Of a stretch of 64,000 nucleotides of DNA, positions 1 through 10,080 are shown in pieces. Source of the DNA: an uncultured delta proteobacterium (GTDB lineage: Bacteria; Desulfobacterota; Desulfobacteria; Desulfobacterales; JAFDCJ01). The position numbers were made by a program, and so were the translations under genes. A model generated the notes under the pieces. It did not search any database, was not told where the DNA came from, and was given only the letters and a program-made list of their open reading frames with translations. Position 1 is the stretch's first letter. Every line of letters begins with the position of its first letter. The stretch is from positions 256,001 to 320,000 of the forward strand of contig CAVYNY010000018.1 in assembly GCA_963769935.1 (NCBI GenBank). Direction: 5' to 3'.

Positions 1-1
1 G

Positions 2-904
2 TTGACCGGCTCGGCCGATATGTCCACCGCCATTAAAGCGGTGAACGAAGGCAGTATATATAAATTTCATCCTAAGCCCTGTCCGGCCCAAACCCTGGGC
101 ACCGCTATTAAAAGCGGAATTGACGAGTATCAAAAAGTGACAACCGACCAGACCCAGCTGAAAAAAGTTCAAAAATCACTGGCCAAGGCCAGCAAGATCC
201 AGCGAATGCTGATGCCGAAATCCGACCCCCAGGTGGACGGATTCGACATCGCGGGAAAAAGCATCCCCTGCGATGAAACCGGTGGCGATTACTATGATTT
301 TATTAACCCTGAAGAATGGGGACGGGAAAAAATCGGAATCGTGGTGGCCGACGTCATCGGACACGGTATTTCGGCCGCCCTGTTGATGACATCCGTGCGG
401 GCATCCTTCCGCGAGCGCATCCTCAGTCCGGGAAAGGGCGTTGCGATTGTTTCCGATGTCAACAAACGTCTGGTGCAGGATATCGAAGAACACAACCTTT
501 TCATCACCATGTTTTACAGTGAAATCGACCTTGCAGAAAAGTGCTTCCGCTGGGTGCATGCCGGCCATGAGTCGGCGCTTCACTATGATCCCGCAAAAGA
601 TGCATTTGCCTCCCTTGGCGGCGAAGGTTTGCCTCTGGGAGTAATGAGGGAATGGGTTTACGTGGAATCCAAAATACCAATCCGGCCGGGGCAGATAATT
701 CTGATTGGAACTGACGGTATCAAAGAGGCCTGCAACCCTGGAAATGAACATTTCGGCAATGAACGGCTGCAGACGGTCATCCGCGATCATTACCGGAAAC
801 CCGCTAAACGCATTTTGCAGGAAGTGTTTGATACACTGGCAAATTTCCGTCATACAGCGGAAAGAAAAGACGATGAGACATTGGTCGTCATAAAACCTTT
901 GTAA
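2..904 (+). CDS. Receiver-domain / SpoIIE (PP2C, RsbU-like) phosphatase, 5'-truncated by the window edge
   Basis: Receiver C-terminal remnant (TG..D...A.KAVN.G.IYKF..KP) followed by PP2C motifs GGDYYDF, ADVIGHG..AA, TDGI and DDET. Confidence 0.85.
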   Translation: MTGSADMSTAIKAVNEGSIYKFHPKPCPAQTLGTAIKSGIDEYQKVTTDQTQLKKVQKSLAKASKIQRMLMPKSDPQVDGFDIAGKSIPCDETGGDYYDFINPEEWGREKIGIVVADVIGHGISAALLMTSVRASFRERILSPGKGVAIVSDVNKRLVQDIEEHNLFITMFYSEIDLAEKCFRWVHAGHESALHYDPAKDAFASLGGEGLPLGVMREWVYVESKIPIRPGQIILIGTDGIKEACNPGNEHFGNERLQTVIRDHYRKPAKRILQEVFDTLANFRHTAERKDDETLVVIKPL

Positions 905-966
905 CTCCATTCATAGGCCACCGGCTCTGCTGGTGGTCGCTGCTTCGGGCCGGAAAATAAGTCGTA

Positions 967-995
967 TTGACAAAAAAGTTCCCCTTCGTTAAATT
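967..995 (+). promoter_or_regulatory. Putative sigma70 promoter for the sigma54 activator gene
   Basis: TTGACA (967-972), 17-bp spacer, TAAATT (990-995), about 130 bp upstream of the ATG at 1128. Confidence 0.55.
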
Positions 996-1127
996 TGCTC
1001 TGAAAAAGCAGCGTCATATTAAAACTCTGCAAACTTGGTCTTTTAGGCCGGATCAGCCCTGCACGCGGAATTGCCTTAGTCGAATTCCATTGGTTATTTA
1101 AATGTTTAATTTTTGTGAGCGCCTGCC

Positions 1128-2921
1128 ATGAGCAACGAACCTTCTGCCGACCCGGCTTCGATAAACTTCGAGGATGTGTGTGATTTGGCCGCCATCGTCG
1201 AGTCCGCCCACAACGGGATTGTCCTGGTGGATCGCTCCGGTAAAATTCTGGTATTTAACCGCGCGGCCCTGGGCATGGTGAGCAAACGCAGCCAAAATGT
1301 TCTCGGCCGCAATATTCAAGAGGTATTTCCGGCAGTCTGGCCGGACATGCAGCAGATTGTGGCAACCGGTTCGCCCCAGCTGGCGCGCCAGGTGACCATC
1401 AACGGCCATGACATCATTGCCAACCGCACGCCGATCTGGCGCGCCGGTGAGGTGTCCGGAGTTCTGAGCATTTTTCAGGATATTTCCGAGTACGAAAAGG
1501 TCCTGGCCGAGCTGGAGTCCTACAAACAGCTGAACGAAGAATTGGACGTCATCATCAATTCTTCTTACGACGGCCTGTGGATCTGCGACCACGAAGGCCG
1601 GGTGATGCGGGTCAACCACGCCTCGGAAAAAATGAGCGGGGTCAAAGAAGAAGAGGTCATCGGCCGCCGCATGGAAGAGCTGGTGGACGAAGGGCTCTTT
1701 GACAAATCCGCGACCCTGGAAGTTCTTAAAACCCGGACCGCCGTCACCCTGATTCAGCGGCTGAAAGACGGCCGCCACATCCTGGTGACCGGCAACCCGG
1801 TGATGGACCAACGCGACAACATCCGGCTGGTGGTGGTCAACGCCCGCGACATTTCCGAACTCAACCGGCTGCACGCCGAGCTTGAGGAAAGCAGGGCTCT
1901 GAAGGAGAAATATCACTCGGAGCTGAATCACCTGAATCGCTCCCAAAAAATAAACTCAAAGATCATGATCCGCAGCGCTTCCATGCAGCGGGTCTTTGAT
2001 ACCGCCATGCGCATCGCCCGGGTGGATTCCAGTGTCCTGATAACCGGCGAGTCCGGCGTGGGCAAAGGACTGATTGCCCGGCTGATTCACGAAGCCTCCG
2101 GCCGCGCCGAAGGATCGCTGATTCACATCAACTGCGGTACTATCCCGGAAAACCTGATCGAAGCCGAACTGTTCGGTTACGAGAAGGGCGCCTTTACCGG
2201 CGCCCAGCAGCAGGGCAAGGCCGGGTATTTTGAAATGGCCGAAGGCGGCACCCTTTTCCTGGACGAAATCGGCGAGCTCCCCCTGGCCTTGCAGGTAAAG
2301 TTGCTGCATTTTCTGGAAACCAACGAAGTGGTGCGGGTCGGCTCCACCCGCTCCCGCAGAATCAATGCCCGCATTCTGACCGCGACCAACCGCAACCTGG
2401 AGCGCATGGTGGCCGAGGGGGGCTTCCGCAAGGATCTGTTTTTCCGCTTGAAGGTAGTCCCGCTGGCCATTCCGCCCCTGCGGCAACGCCTGGAGGATAT
2501 TCCGCCCCTGATTCATTTTTTCCTGGAAAAATTCAACCGCAAGTGTGATTTTCAAAAAACCATGTCCGCGCCCGCGGTGGACTGCCTGCGCCACTATCCC
2601 TATCCGGGTAATGTCCGCGAGCTGGCCAATTTAATCGAACAGCTGGTGGTGCTGACGCCGGGCGACCGGATCGACTTCGACGATTTGCCCGGCGCCGTGC
2701 AGCGCAGCGGCCAGGAGCCTTACCGGCTGGTTCCGGCCGGCCCGGACAATTTGAGACAGATTGTGCAGGATGTCGAACGTCAGGCTATCGTCAACGTCCT
2801 CAAAGCCCGCGGCTCGCTGCGCAGCGCCGCCAGGCAGCTGGGAATCGATCACGCCACCCTGTCACGCAAAATCAAACGCTACGGCATCACGGATGGCGCC
2901 GTACCGCACCGCGGTGAATAA
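1128..2921 (+). CDS. Sigma54-dependent transcriptional activator (PAS-PAS-AAA+-Fis-type HTH)
   Basis: Walker A GESGVGKG, ELFGYEKGAFTGA, Walker B LFLDEIGEL, YPGNVREL, C-terminal HTH (AARQLGIDHATLSRKIK); two N-terminal PAS-like repeats. Confidence 0.95.
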   Translation: MSNEPSADPASINFEDVCDLAAIVESAHNGIVLVDRSGKILVFNRAALGMVSKRSQNVLGRNIQEVFPAVWPDMQQIVATGSPQLARQVTINGHDIIANRTPIWRAGEVSGVLSIFQDISEYEKVLAELESYKQLNEELDVIINSSYDGLWICDHEGRVMRVNHASEKMSGVKEEEVIGRRMEELVDEGLFDKSATLEVLKTRTAVTLIQRLKDGRHILVTGNPVMDQRDNIRLVVVNARDISELNRLHAELEESRALKEKYHSELNHLNRSQKINSKIMIRSASMQRVFDTAMRIARVDSSVLITGESGVGKGLIARLIHEASGRAEGSLIHINCGTIPENLIEAELFGYEKGAFTGAQQQGKAGYFEMAEGGTLFLDEIGELPLALQVKLLHFLETNEVVRVGSTRSRRINARILTATNRNLERMVAEGGFRKDLFFRLKVVPLAIPPLRQRLEDIPPLIHFFLEKFNRKCDFQKTMSAPAVDCLRHYPYPGNVRELANLIEQLVVLTPGDRIDFDDLPGAVQRSGQEPYRLVPAGPDNLRQIVQDVERQAIVNVLKARGSLRSAARQLGIDHATLSRKIKRYGITDGAVPHRGE

Positions 2922-3008
2922 TCGCACCACTCCTGTTTTGTAACGCCACCTCGGTAAAATCCCGCCGACCGGCCGGCCGGTGACCCGCCCGTGGTTACCT
3001 TCTGCACC
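2895..3008. promoter_or_regulatory. Candidate enhancer sites for the sigma54 activator: three GG(T/C)(G/T)-N8-CACC palindromes
   Basis: GGCG-CCGTACCG-CACC (2895-2910), GGTG-AATAATCG-CACC (2913-2928) and GGTT-ACCTTCTG-CACC (2993-3008), lying 55-170 bp upstream of the -24/-12 site. Confidence 0.5.
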
Positions 3009-3063
3009 ACTCGCCGGCACCGCCCGCCATCGGAATTCCCCTAAATCAGCTGATTGCATGGCG

Positions 3064-3079
3064 TGGCACAAATGTTGCT
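3064..3079 (+). promoter_or_regulatory. Sigma54 (-24/-12) promoter
   Basis: TGGCAC-AAATG-TTGCT is an exact match to TGGCAC-N5-TTGCW; it lies just downstream of an activator gene and upstream of an operon. Confidence 0.9.
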
Positions 3080-3147
3080 GAACCTTATTCTGGTACAGAT
3101 GATAAAAATATGAATTAAAACCGCAAAACTTTTTCAGAAAACCAGCC

Positions 3148-3471
3148 ATGAGTGATTTTGACAAGCTGGCCATGTCCATCACACCGGACAACCGCAGGGC
3201 CATGATCCTGTTCGAAGAAGCCTCCCGGGCGGCAAACAAGGAGCAGGCCCTGGATCTGGTACGCCAGGTGGTGGACGGTCAGTTTCGCTTTGAAATTTTA
3301 CGGGATGAATATCCGGCCGTGGTACTTATCCGTCTGGACCGGGAACACGTGCGGGAAGCGGTTTTGAAGCTGAGCGCCAAGGGGTATACCAAGCTCAAGG
3401 CCGTCGAACCGCCGAGGAGCGGTACCGGAACAAAGAGCAATCAAAAAGCTGATTTAAATGGAAACCGATAA
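3148..3471 (+). CDS. Small hypothetical protein (possible ACT/ferredoxin-like fold)
   Basis: First ORF after the sigma54 promoter, overlaps the next gene start; beta-alpha-beta-beta-alpha-beta-like hydrophobicity pattern. Confidence 0.65.
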   Translation: MSDFDKLAMSITPDNRRAMILFEEASRAANKEQALDLVRQVVDGQFRFEILRDEYPAVVLIRLDREHVREAVLKLSAKGYTKLKAVEPPRSGTGTKSNQKADLNGNR

Positions 3472-4798
3472 AAAGCAATACCTGTTCTATCAGACCCGCA
3501 AGCAGTTGCCCTTTATTGCCAAGTCCCGCGGAGTTTATATGTGGGACCAGGCCGGCCGCGAGTACATCGACGCCTGCTCGGGTGCCGTGGTGAGCAACAT
3601 CGGCCACGGCCATCCCCGCGTCCTGCAGGCCGTCCAGCGCCAGGCTCAAAAGACCTTTTTTGCCTACCGTACCCAGTTTGAAAACGAACCCGCGGTGGAG
3701 CTTGCCGCTCGCATCGTCAGCCGTTCGGCGCCGCACCTGGACCGCATTTTTTACGTCGGCAGCGGTTCGGAGGCGGTGGAAACGGCCATGAAACTCTGCC
3801 GCCAGTACTACTTCGCACAGGGCGAAGGCTCTCGCTACCTTTTTATCAGTCGCGAGCCGTCCTACCACGGCTGCACCCTCGGCGCGCTGGCCCTGTCATC
3901 CTATGCACCCCTGGAAGCCCCGTTTCGCCCTCTGATGCAGACCTATCCCAAAATTCCGGCCCCCTCCTGCTATCGCTGCGCCCTGACCCTGACTTACCCG
4001 GCGTGTGGTGTTCAGTGCGCCCGGATGCTGGAAGATGTCATCCGGCGCCAGGGGCCTGAAAATGTTGCGGCCTTCGTGGCGGAGCCGGTGGGAGGCGCCA
4101 CCACGGGCGCGCTGGTTCCTCCGGAGGAATACTTCGGCATCGTGCAGGCAATCTGCCGCCGATACGGTGTCATGCTGATCCTGGACGAGGTCATGACCGG
4201 CTTCGGGCGCACCGGCAAAATGTTTGCCTATGAGCACTGGGGGGTGGAAGCCGATATCGTGGCCATGGCCAAGGGTATGGCCGCCGGCTACTACCCTTTG
4301 GGGGCGGTGATCACCCGTAAAAAGATTGTCGAGGAAGTGGTCGGCAAGGGCGGATTTATGCACGGGTTCACCTATGCCGGCAATCCCATGGCCTGCGCCG
4401 TGGGGTTGGAAGTATTCGACATTGTCGTTGAAAACGATTTGCCGGGCAATGCCGCCGCTGTCGGCGCTCATCTGAAAACAGGGCTGGAGCAACTGGCCGA
4501 ACGGCATCCGATCATCGGCCAGGTGCGGGGCCGGGGTCTGCTGCTGGCCATCGAACTGGTCCAAAACCCGGCAACCCGGGAGCCGTTTGCAGCCGACCGC
4601 CAGGTCGGTCTGCAACTCACCGATACGGCTTTTGCCGCAGGGCTGATCATCTATCCCCGGCGGCCGATTCACGGACTGGCCGGCGACCACGTCCTGATTG
4701 CGCCGCCGCTGACCGTGACGGTCGCCGAATCCGATGAAATTTTAAACCGCTTGGAGCAGGCCCTGGAGCAGGTGGAAGCGACGGCAGGCAAGGCCTGA
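3458..4798 (+). CDS. Class III PLP aminotransferase
   Basis: GSGSEAVETAMK, SYHG, FVAEPV.G, LILDEVMTGFGRTG, AKG (PLP lysine) and HGFTY.GNP. Confidence 0.93.
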   Translation: METDKKQYLFYQTRKQLPFIAKSRGVYMWDQAGREYIDACSGAVVSNIGHGHPRVLQAVQRQAQKTFFAYRTQFENEPAVELAARIVSRSAPHLDRIFYVGSGSEAVETAMKLCRQYYFAQGEGSRYLFISREPSYHGCTLGALALSSYAPLEAPFRPLMQTYPKIPAPSCYRCALTLTYPACGVQCARMLEDVIRRQGPENVAAFVAEPVGGATTGALVPPEEYFGIVQAICRRYGVMLILDEVMTGFGRTGKMFAYEHWGVEADIVAMAKGMAAGYYPLGAVITRKKIVEEVVGKGGFMHGFTYAGNPMACAVGLEVFDIVVENDLPGNAAAVGAHLKTGLEQLAERHPIIGQVRGRGLLLAIELVQNPATREPFAADRQVGLQLTDTAFAAGLIIYPRRPIHGLAGDHVLIAPPLTVTVAESDEILNRLEQALEQVEATAGKA

Positions 4799-4919
4799 AA
4801 TTGAGGAATTGCCTATCTCGAACATTTTTTGGTCCGCTGTTAGGATGAAAGTACCCGGAAAGTAAATTTATTTATCCCAACCAACAATCTTAATTTATTC
4901 GTCCTTGAAAGGAGGAGCC

Positions 4920-5699
4920 ATGTATCGAAAATCATTGTTTTGCATCAGCGTTGTGCTGATTGCCGTCTTGAGTTTGGCACCCATCGCCGGGGCCGACGAG
5001 CTGGACCGGATCAAAGCGGACGGTGAAATGAAAATCGCCATGAGCGGCGCCTACCCGCCCTTTAATTTTATCAACGAAAAAAACGAAGTCGTGGGCTTTG
5101 ACGCCGCCATCGGACGCGAAATCGCCACCCGCCTGGGCGTAAAACCGGTCATCGTCACGACGGCCTGGGACGGCATCCTGGCAGGGCTGCTGGCCAAAAA
5201 GTATGACGCCATTTGCGGCAGCATGACCATCACGGCCAAACGGCAGGAAGTCGTGGATTTTGTGGGTCCTTACTATCGCAGCGGCCGCGGCATTTTCATC
5301 CGCAAGGATGAAAACTTCAAGTCCCTGGGCGACCTCAAGGGACATACCATCGGCGTAACCCTGGGTGAAACCCACGAGCAATGGGCCCGCACCCAGCCAG
5401 GCTGGAAGATTCAAACCTACAAAGGCCTGCCGGAACTGATGCTGGAGCTGGAAAACGGGCGCCTCGATGCCATCGTCATCGACTCCATCCCGGGATTGCT
5501 GGCCATCAAGAAATCCGACGCGCCCATCAAGAAGATGGATCTGCCGGAAATCGAAGGCGGGGATGTCAACATCGGCATCGCCATCCGTAAGAACAATCCC
5601 GAGCTCAAGGCCGCCATGCAAAAAGCCCTGGATGACATGATGGCCGACGGGACTTACAACAAAATCGCTATGGAATGGATTGGCTACGATATTCGATAG
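4920..5699 (+). CDS. Polar amino-acid ABC transporter substrate-binding protein
   Basis: GGAGG Shine-Dalgarno before ATG 4920; signal peptide; YPPFNF, GFD, WDGIL.GL...KYD and SMTIT..R motifs of SBP family 3. Confidence 0.92.
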   Translation: MYRKSLFCISVVLIAVLSLAPIAGADELDRIKADGEMKIAMSGAYPPFNFINEKNEVVGFDAAIGREIATRLGVKPVIVTTAWDGILAGLLAKKYDAICGSMTITAKRQEVVDFVGPYYRSGRGIFIRKDENFKSLGDLKGHTIGVTLGETHEQWARTQPGWKIQTYKGLPELMLELENGRLDAIVIDSIPGLLAIKKSDAPIKKMDLPEIEGGDVNIGIAIRKNNPELKAAMQKALDDMMADGTYNKIAMEWIGYDIR

Positions 5700-5716
5700 T
5701 TCGGGGTACCGTTATC

Positions 5717-6505
5717 ATGAAAACCGTTTACGGAAAATATACCTGGCCTGAGATCAAGGCTGTCGACAAAGACCGGGTCGTACTGCTGCCGGTGGGGGCC
5801 ATGGAGGACCATGGGCCCCATCTGCCGCTGGACACCGACAATCTGATCATCACCCGGATTGTGGAGGGCGTGGCCGCTGAGATTCCCGCTGAGGTGCTGC
5901 TGTTGCCCACCATCCCCTTCGGGTTCAACGAACACCACAAGGACTTTCCGGGGGTCATCTACATCCAGCCTGAAACCCTGATGAATTTTGTAGCCGACGT
6001 GGCCGGGTCCCTGGCGCATCACGGATTCCGCCGCATCCTGATCCTAAACGGACACGGCTCCAACCATCCGGTGCTGGACCTGGCCGCCCGCAAGACTGTC
6101 ATTGCAACCGAATGCCTGTGCGTGTCGGCCTCCTACTGGAACCTTATGTCCGATACCCTCAAGGCCGAGCGGCGCTCGCGCACCGGCGGCATGGCCCACG
6201 CCGGCGAACTGGAGACTTCCATCTACCTGTACTTCGACCCGCAGCATGTGCAGCTGGACAAAGCCCGGCAGGCCATCGCCCACAATGAAGATACCCGCTA
6301 CCTGAACCTCGACCTGGCGGGCGGCGCCCGGGCCATGGTCATGCAGTGGTGGTCGGCCCAGACCGAGGACGGCACCATGGGGGATCCGACAGCGGCCGAT
6401 GCCGAGCGCGGCAAACTCTTTTTTGAAGCCGCCGTGCGGGAGACCGTGGGACTTATTCGCGAAATTCGGCGAATTTCACTGAATCCGCGTCGGGATCATC
6501 ATTGA
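5717..6505 (+). CDS. Creatininase-family amidohydrolase
   Basis: LPVGA.EDHGPHLPLDTD, HH..FPG, NGHGSN, HAGELETS and G..GDP motifs. Confidence 0.93.
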   Translation: MKTVYGKYTWPEIKAVDKDRVVLLPVGAMEDHGPHLPLDTDNLIITRIVEGVAAEIPAEVLLLPTIPFGFNEHHKDFPGVIYIQPETLMNFVADVAGSLAHHGFRRILILNGHGSNHPVLDLAARKTVIATECLCVSASYWNLMSDTLKAERRSRTGGMAHAGELETSIYLYFDPQHVQLDKARQAIAHNEDTRYLNLDLAGGARAMVMQWWSAQTEDGTMGDPTAADAERGKLFFEAAVRETVGLIREIRRISLNPRRDHH

Positions 6506-6515
6506 AAGGGCCGCT

Positions 6516-7166
6516 GTGGACTACGATTTGATGGCACGGGTCGCATTTTACTTTGCCAAGGCCGCCTGGGTAACGGTGGAGGTGTCGTTTCTGTCCGTCT
6601 GTTTAGGGCTGGGCCTGGGATTGGCAGCCGCCCTCTGCAAGCTGTCGCCCAATCGCTGGCTGCAGATTCCCGCCCGGATCTATGTCAGCGTGTTCCGGGG
6701 TACACCGTGTCTGATCCAGCTGTTCGTGATCTACTTCGGCGGTCCCCAGATCGGACTGCAGCTGGAGCCGTTTGCAGCGGGCGTGCTGGGGTTGGGCCTC
6801 AACATCGGCGCCTATATGACCGAATCGATCCGGGGCGCGATCCTGGCCGTCGATCGCGGACAAACCGAGGCCTCCCGCTCCCTGGGACTGAGCAAGGGCC
6901 AGACCATCCGCAAGGTCATCCTGCCTCAGGCGGCCTGTCTGATGATCCGGCCCCTGGGGGTGAACACCATCGCCCTGATCAAAGGGTCCTCCCTGGTCTC
7001 GGCCATCTCGGTGCTGGAACTGACCTACACGGCCCACCGCTACATCAGCTCCACCTACCGGCCTTTTGAGATGTTCACGCTGTCGGCGATGTTTTACCTG
7101 CTGATAATAACCGTCGCCTCATTCTTGATCCAAACGCTGGACCGACGGTTTGTTCTGCAGCAGTGA
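6516..7166 (+). CDS. Amino-acid ABC transporter permease
   Basis: FRGTP.L.QL, EAA loop ([12 protein letters not shown]), ILPQA and IKGSSL. Confidence 0.92.
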   Translation: MDYDLMARVAFYFAKAAWVTVEVSFLSVCLGLGLGLAAALCKLSPNRWLQIPARIYVSVFRGTPCLIQLFVIYFGGPQIGLQLEPFAAGVLGLGLNIGAYMTESIRGAILAVDRGQTEASRSLGLSKGQTIRKVILPQAACLMIRPLGVNTIALIKGSSLVSAISVLELTYTAHRYISSTYRPFEMFTLSAMFYLLIITVASFLIQTLDRRFVLQQ

Positions 7167-7209
7167 GGGCCGGCATACAACGTTTGCGCGGAGGGGTTAA
7201 AATAACACG

Positions 7210-7869
7210 ATGACGGGTCTGGATTTAAGCGTTCTGATTGAGTACTACCCGATTTTGCTCCAGGGACTGCTGTGGACCTGCATTCTGTGTGCCGCTTCGA
7301 TTGCGCTCAGCCTGCTCGGCGGTGTCCCGCTGGCCCTGTCCGGCATCAGCGGCAACCGTTTTGTGCGCTGGCCGTTCGGGTTTTTCGTCTGGATCTTTCG
7401 CGGCACGCCCCTTTTGCTGCAGCTGTTTCTAATCTATTTCGGCCTGCCCCAGGTCGGCATTTACCTGAGCCCGGTTGTATCGGGCATCCTCGGTCTGGGC
7501 ATCCACTACGCCGTTTACAACTCGGATGTGATGCGGGCCGGCATCGTGGCCGTCGAGCGCGGGCAGCACGAGGCTTCGCGCTCGCTGGGATTGAGCCGGC
7601 CCCAGACCATGCGCAAGGTTATCCTGCCCCAGGCCCTGCGCAGCGTCACCCCGGCCCTGGGCAACAACCTGATTGCGCTGCTCAAGGAATCGGCCCTGGT
7701 ATCGATCATAACGGTTCCGGAACTGACCCTGTCGGCCCAGCGCGCGATTTCCGAAACCTTCCGGCCGTTCGAGTTCTACTTTGCGGCCGGAGCCATCTAT
7801 TACGGCATCAACTACTTTCTCGAACTGGGCCTGAAACGCGTCGAGATGAAAACCGCACTGTCCCGCTAG
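7210..7869 (+). CDS. Amino-acid ABC transporter permease
   Basis: [27 protein letters not shown] and LLKESAL. Confidence 0.92.
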   Translation: MTGLDLSVLIEYYPILLQGLLWTCILCAASIALSLLGGVPLALSGISGNRFVRWPFGFFVWIFRGTPLLLQLFLIYFGLPQVGIYLSPVVSGILGLGIHYAVYNSDVMRAGIVAVERGQHEASRSLGLSRPQTMRKVILPQALRSVTPALGNNLIALLKESALVSIITVPELTLSAQRAISETFRPFEFYFAAGAIYYGINYFLELGLKRVEMKTALSR

Positions 7870-7882
7870 CGGTGGAGCACCC

Positions 7883-8626
7883 ATGGTAAAAGTCATCAAT
7901 GTCCATAAACGATTCGGCGACAACGAAGTGCTGAAGGGCATCAACCTGGAAGTCTTGAGAGGCAAAATCCTGGTGATCATCGGACCCAGCGGGTCCGGCA
8001 AAAGCACGCTGCTGCGCTCCATCAACCATCTGGAAGCCGTGAATGCCGGTGAAATCTGGATTGAAAATGTCCAGGTCAACCTGCCGCTCAAGGGACGCAA
8101 ATTCGAAAAGCACATCAACCGGATCCGCCAGGATATGGGCATGGTTTTTCAACATTTCAACCTCTTTCCCCACATGACGGTCATGGAAAACATCACGATG
8201 GCGCCCATGCTGCTCAAAAAGACGCCGCGCAAAACCGCCGAAGCGTTCGCCCGCAAGCTGCTGGCCAAAGTCGACCTGGCGGAGAAGGTCAACTTTTATC
8301 CGTCCCAGCTGTCCGGCGGACAAAAACAGCGCGTGGCCATTGCACGGGCCCTGGCCATGGAGCCGAAGGTAATGCTGTTCGACGAGGTGACATCCGCCCT
8401 GGATCCGGAGCTGATCGGCGAGGTCAACAAGGTCATGAAAAAGCTGGCCGAAGAGCATATGACCATGTTGATTGTCACCCACGAAATGCGCTTTGCGGCC
8501 GAGGTGGCCGATCATGTCATTTTCATGGCCGACGGCGTTATCGTGGAGGAGGGGCCGCCCCGCCGGCTTCTCCACAATCCAACCCAGGAACGCACCCAGC
8601 GTTTTCTGGCCGAGGTATTCAAATGA
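7883..8626 (+). CDS. Amino-acid ABC transporter ATP-binding protein (GlnQ-like)
   Basis: [43 protein letters not shown] and VTHEM. Confidence 0.95.
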   Translation: MVKVINVHKRFGDNEVLKGINLEVLRGKILVIIGPSGSGKSTLLRSINHLEAVNAGEIWIENVQVNLPLKGRKFEKHINRIRQDMGMVFQHFNLFPHMTVMENITMAPMLLKKTPRKTAEAFARKLLAKVDLAEKVNFYPSQLSGGQKQRVAIARALAMEPKVMLFDEVTSALDPELIGEVNKVMKKLAEEHMTMLIVTHEMRFAAEVADHVIFMADGVIVEEGPPRRLLHNPTQERTQRFLAEVFK

Positions 8627-9318
8627 CCGATAAAATCTGTGCGATGGAAGACATCCGAAAGATCTTCAGCGATGGCCTGACGGTCATGGTGGGCGGCTTC
8701 GGTGTGCCCGGCACGCCCTTTACCCTGGTGGACGCCCTGCTGGCCAGCGGGGCTGCGGGACTGACCCTGATAAAAAACGAGGCCAATGAGGACCACATGG
8801 GGGTGTCCAAGCTGATCGAGGCCGGCCGGGTCCGCAAAATCATCACCTCGCACCTGGGCCTCAATGCCACCGTGATCGGGATCATGAACCGCGGCGAGAT
8901 CGAGGTCGAGTTTTATCCCCAGGGAATCCTGGCTGAAAAAATCCGCACGGGCGGCGCCGGTCTTTTCGGATTTTTGACCGACATCGGCATCGATACGATT
9001 TTAAAGGAAAAAAAACAGACAATCGTTATGGACGGCCGGGAGGTGATCATCGAGCCGGCCCTTACGGCCGACATAGCCCTGATCCACGCCGCGCTGGGAG
9101 ATCGCAGCGGCAATCTGGTCTATGCTAAAAGCGCGCGCAATTTCAATCCGGTCATGGCCACCGCCGCTCGCACGGTCATCGCCGAGGTCGAACGGGTGGT
9201 GGAAATCGGAAGCCTGGATCCGGATCAGATCCACACCCCGGGCGCTTTTGTGGACCATGTGGTTAAAATCAAAGAATTAAGCAAAGAATACGGGATCTTG
9301 GCACACCATGTCATATAA
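8623..9318 (+). CDS. 3-oxoacid CoA-transferase (family I) subunit A
   Basis: DG.T.MVGGFG..G.P, PQG.LAE.IR.GG.G, D..GNL, ARNFNP.MA and IHTPG.FVD. Confidence 0.9.
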   Translation: MTDKICAMEDIRKIFSDGLTVMVGGFGVPGTPFTLVDALLASGAAGLTLIKNEANEDHMGVSKLIEAGRVRKIITSHLGLNATVIGIMNRGEIEVEFYPQGILAEKIRTGGAGLFGFLTDIGIDTILKEKKQTIVMDGREVIIEPALTADIALIHAALGDRSGNLVYAKSARNFNPVMATAARTVIAEVERVVEIGSLDPDQIHTPGAFVDHVVKIKELSKEYGILAHHVI

Positions 9319-9958
9319 AGAAAAAATAGCCGTGCGGGCCGCACGGGAGGTGCAGCCGGGCCAGGTGATCAACCTGGGGATCGGCATACCGACCATGATT
9401 CCCCGGTATCTGCCGGAGGGCATGGGCAACTGGGTGCATTCGGAAAACGGCATCTTGGGCATGGGGCTGCGCTGCCGGCGTGGCACGGAAGACCGCAATC
9501 TGATCGATGCCGGCGGCAATTATGTCACCCTGGTGCCGGGTGCGTCGTTTTTCGACAGTACCCTGTCTTTTGCCCTGGTGCGCGGCGGCCGGTTGGATAT
9601 GGCTTTCTTAGGCGCCCTGGAGATTTCTCAAAACGGCGATCTAGCCAACTGGATCATCCCCGGCCAACACGCCCCGGGCATCGGCGGCGGTATGGAACTG
9701 GCCCAGAAAGCCAGACGGGTGATTGTCACCACCACCCACACCACCCGTGACGGCCAGCCGAAAATATTAAAACAGTGCACTCTGCCGCTGACCGCCAAAG
9801 GCTGTGTCGATCTGATCATTACCGAACAGGCCGTGATCGAAGTGGTCGCCGACGGTCTGCGGCTGCAGGAAATCGCATCCGACACCAGTATCGACCAGGT
9901 GGTGGCTAACACTGCCGCCGATCTCATAATACCGGACGGAGAACTGCCCAGGTTTTAA
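9308..9958 (+). CDS. 3-oxoacid CoA-transferase (family I) subunit B
   Basis: NLGIGIPT, SENG (catalytic Glu), RGG, GDLANW..PG, GGGM.L and CTLPLT. Confidence 0.9.
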   Translation: MSYKEKIAVRAAREVQPGQVINLGIGIPTMIPRYLPEGMGNWVHSENGILGMGLRCRRGTEDRNLIDAGGNYVTLVPGASFFDSTLSFALVRGGRLDMAFLGALEISQNGDLANWIIPGQHAPGIGGGMELAQKARRVIVTTTHTTRDGQPKILKQCTLPLTAKGCVDLIITEQAVIEVVADGLRLQEIASDTSIDQVVANTAADLIIPDGELPRF

Positions 9959-9967
9959 GATCAATTC

Positions 9968-10026
9968 AATCACGAAAGGACGAAAATACGAAAAAGAGAA
10001 AAGATAAATTTCGTGTTTTCGTGATT
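9968..10026. repeat. Inverted repeat built from ~8-bp units (xACGAAAx / TTTCGTG)
   Basis: AATCACGAAA (9968-9977) pairs with TTTCGTGATT (10017-10026); extra ACGAAA and TTTCGTG copies lie inside. Confidence 0.6.
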
Positions 10027-10080
10027 AAAAAATTTTTTCATAAATAATCGGATATTGGATAAAATTAAAGGACTTATCCC

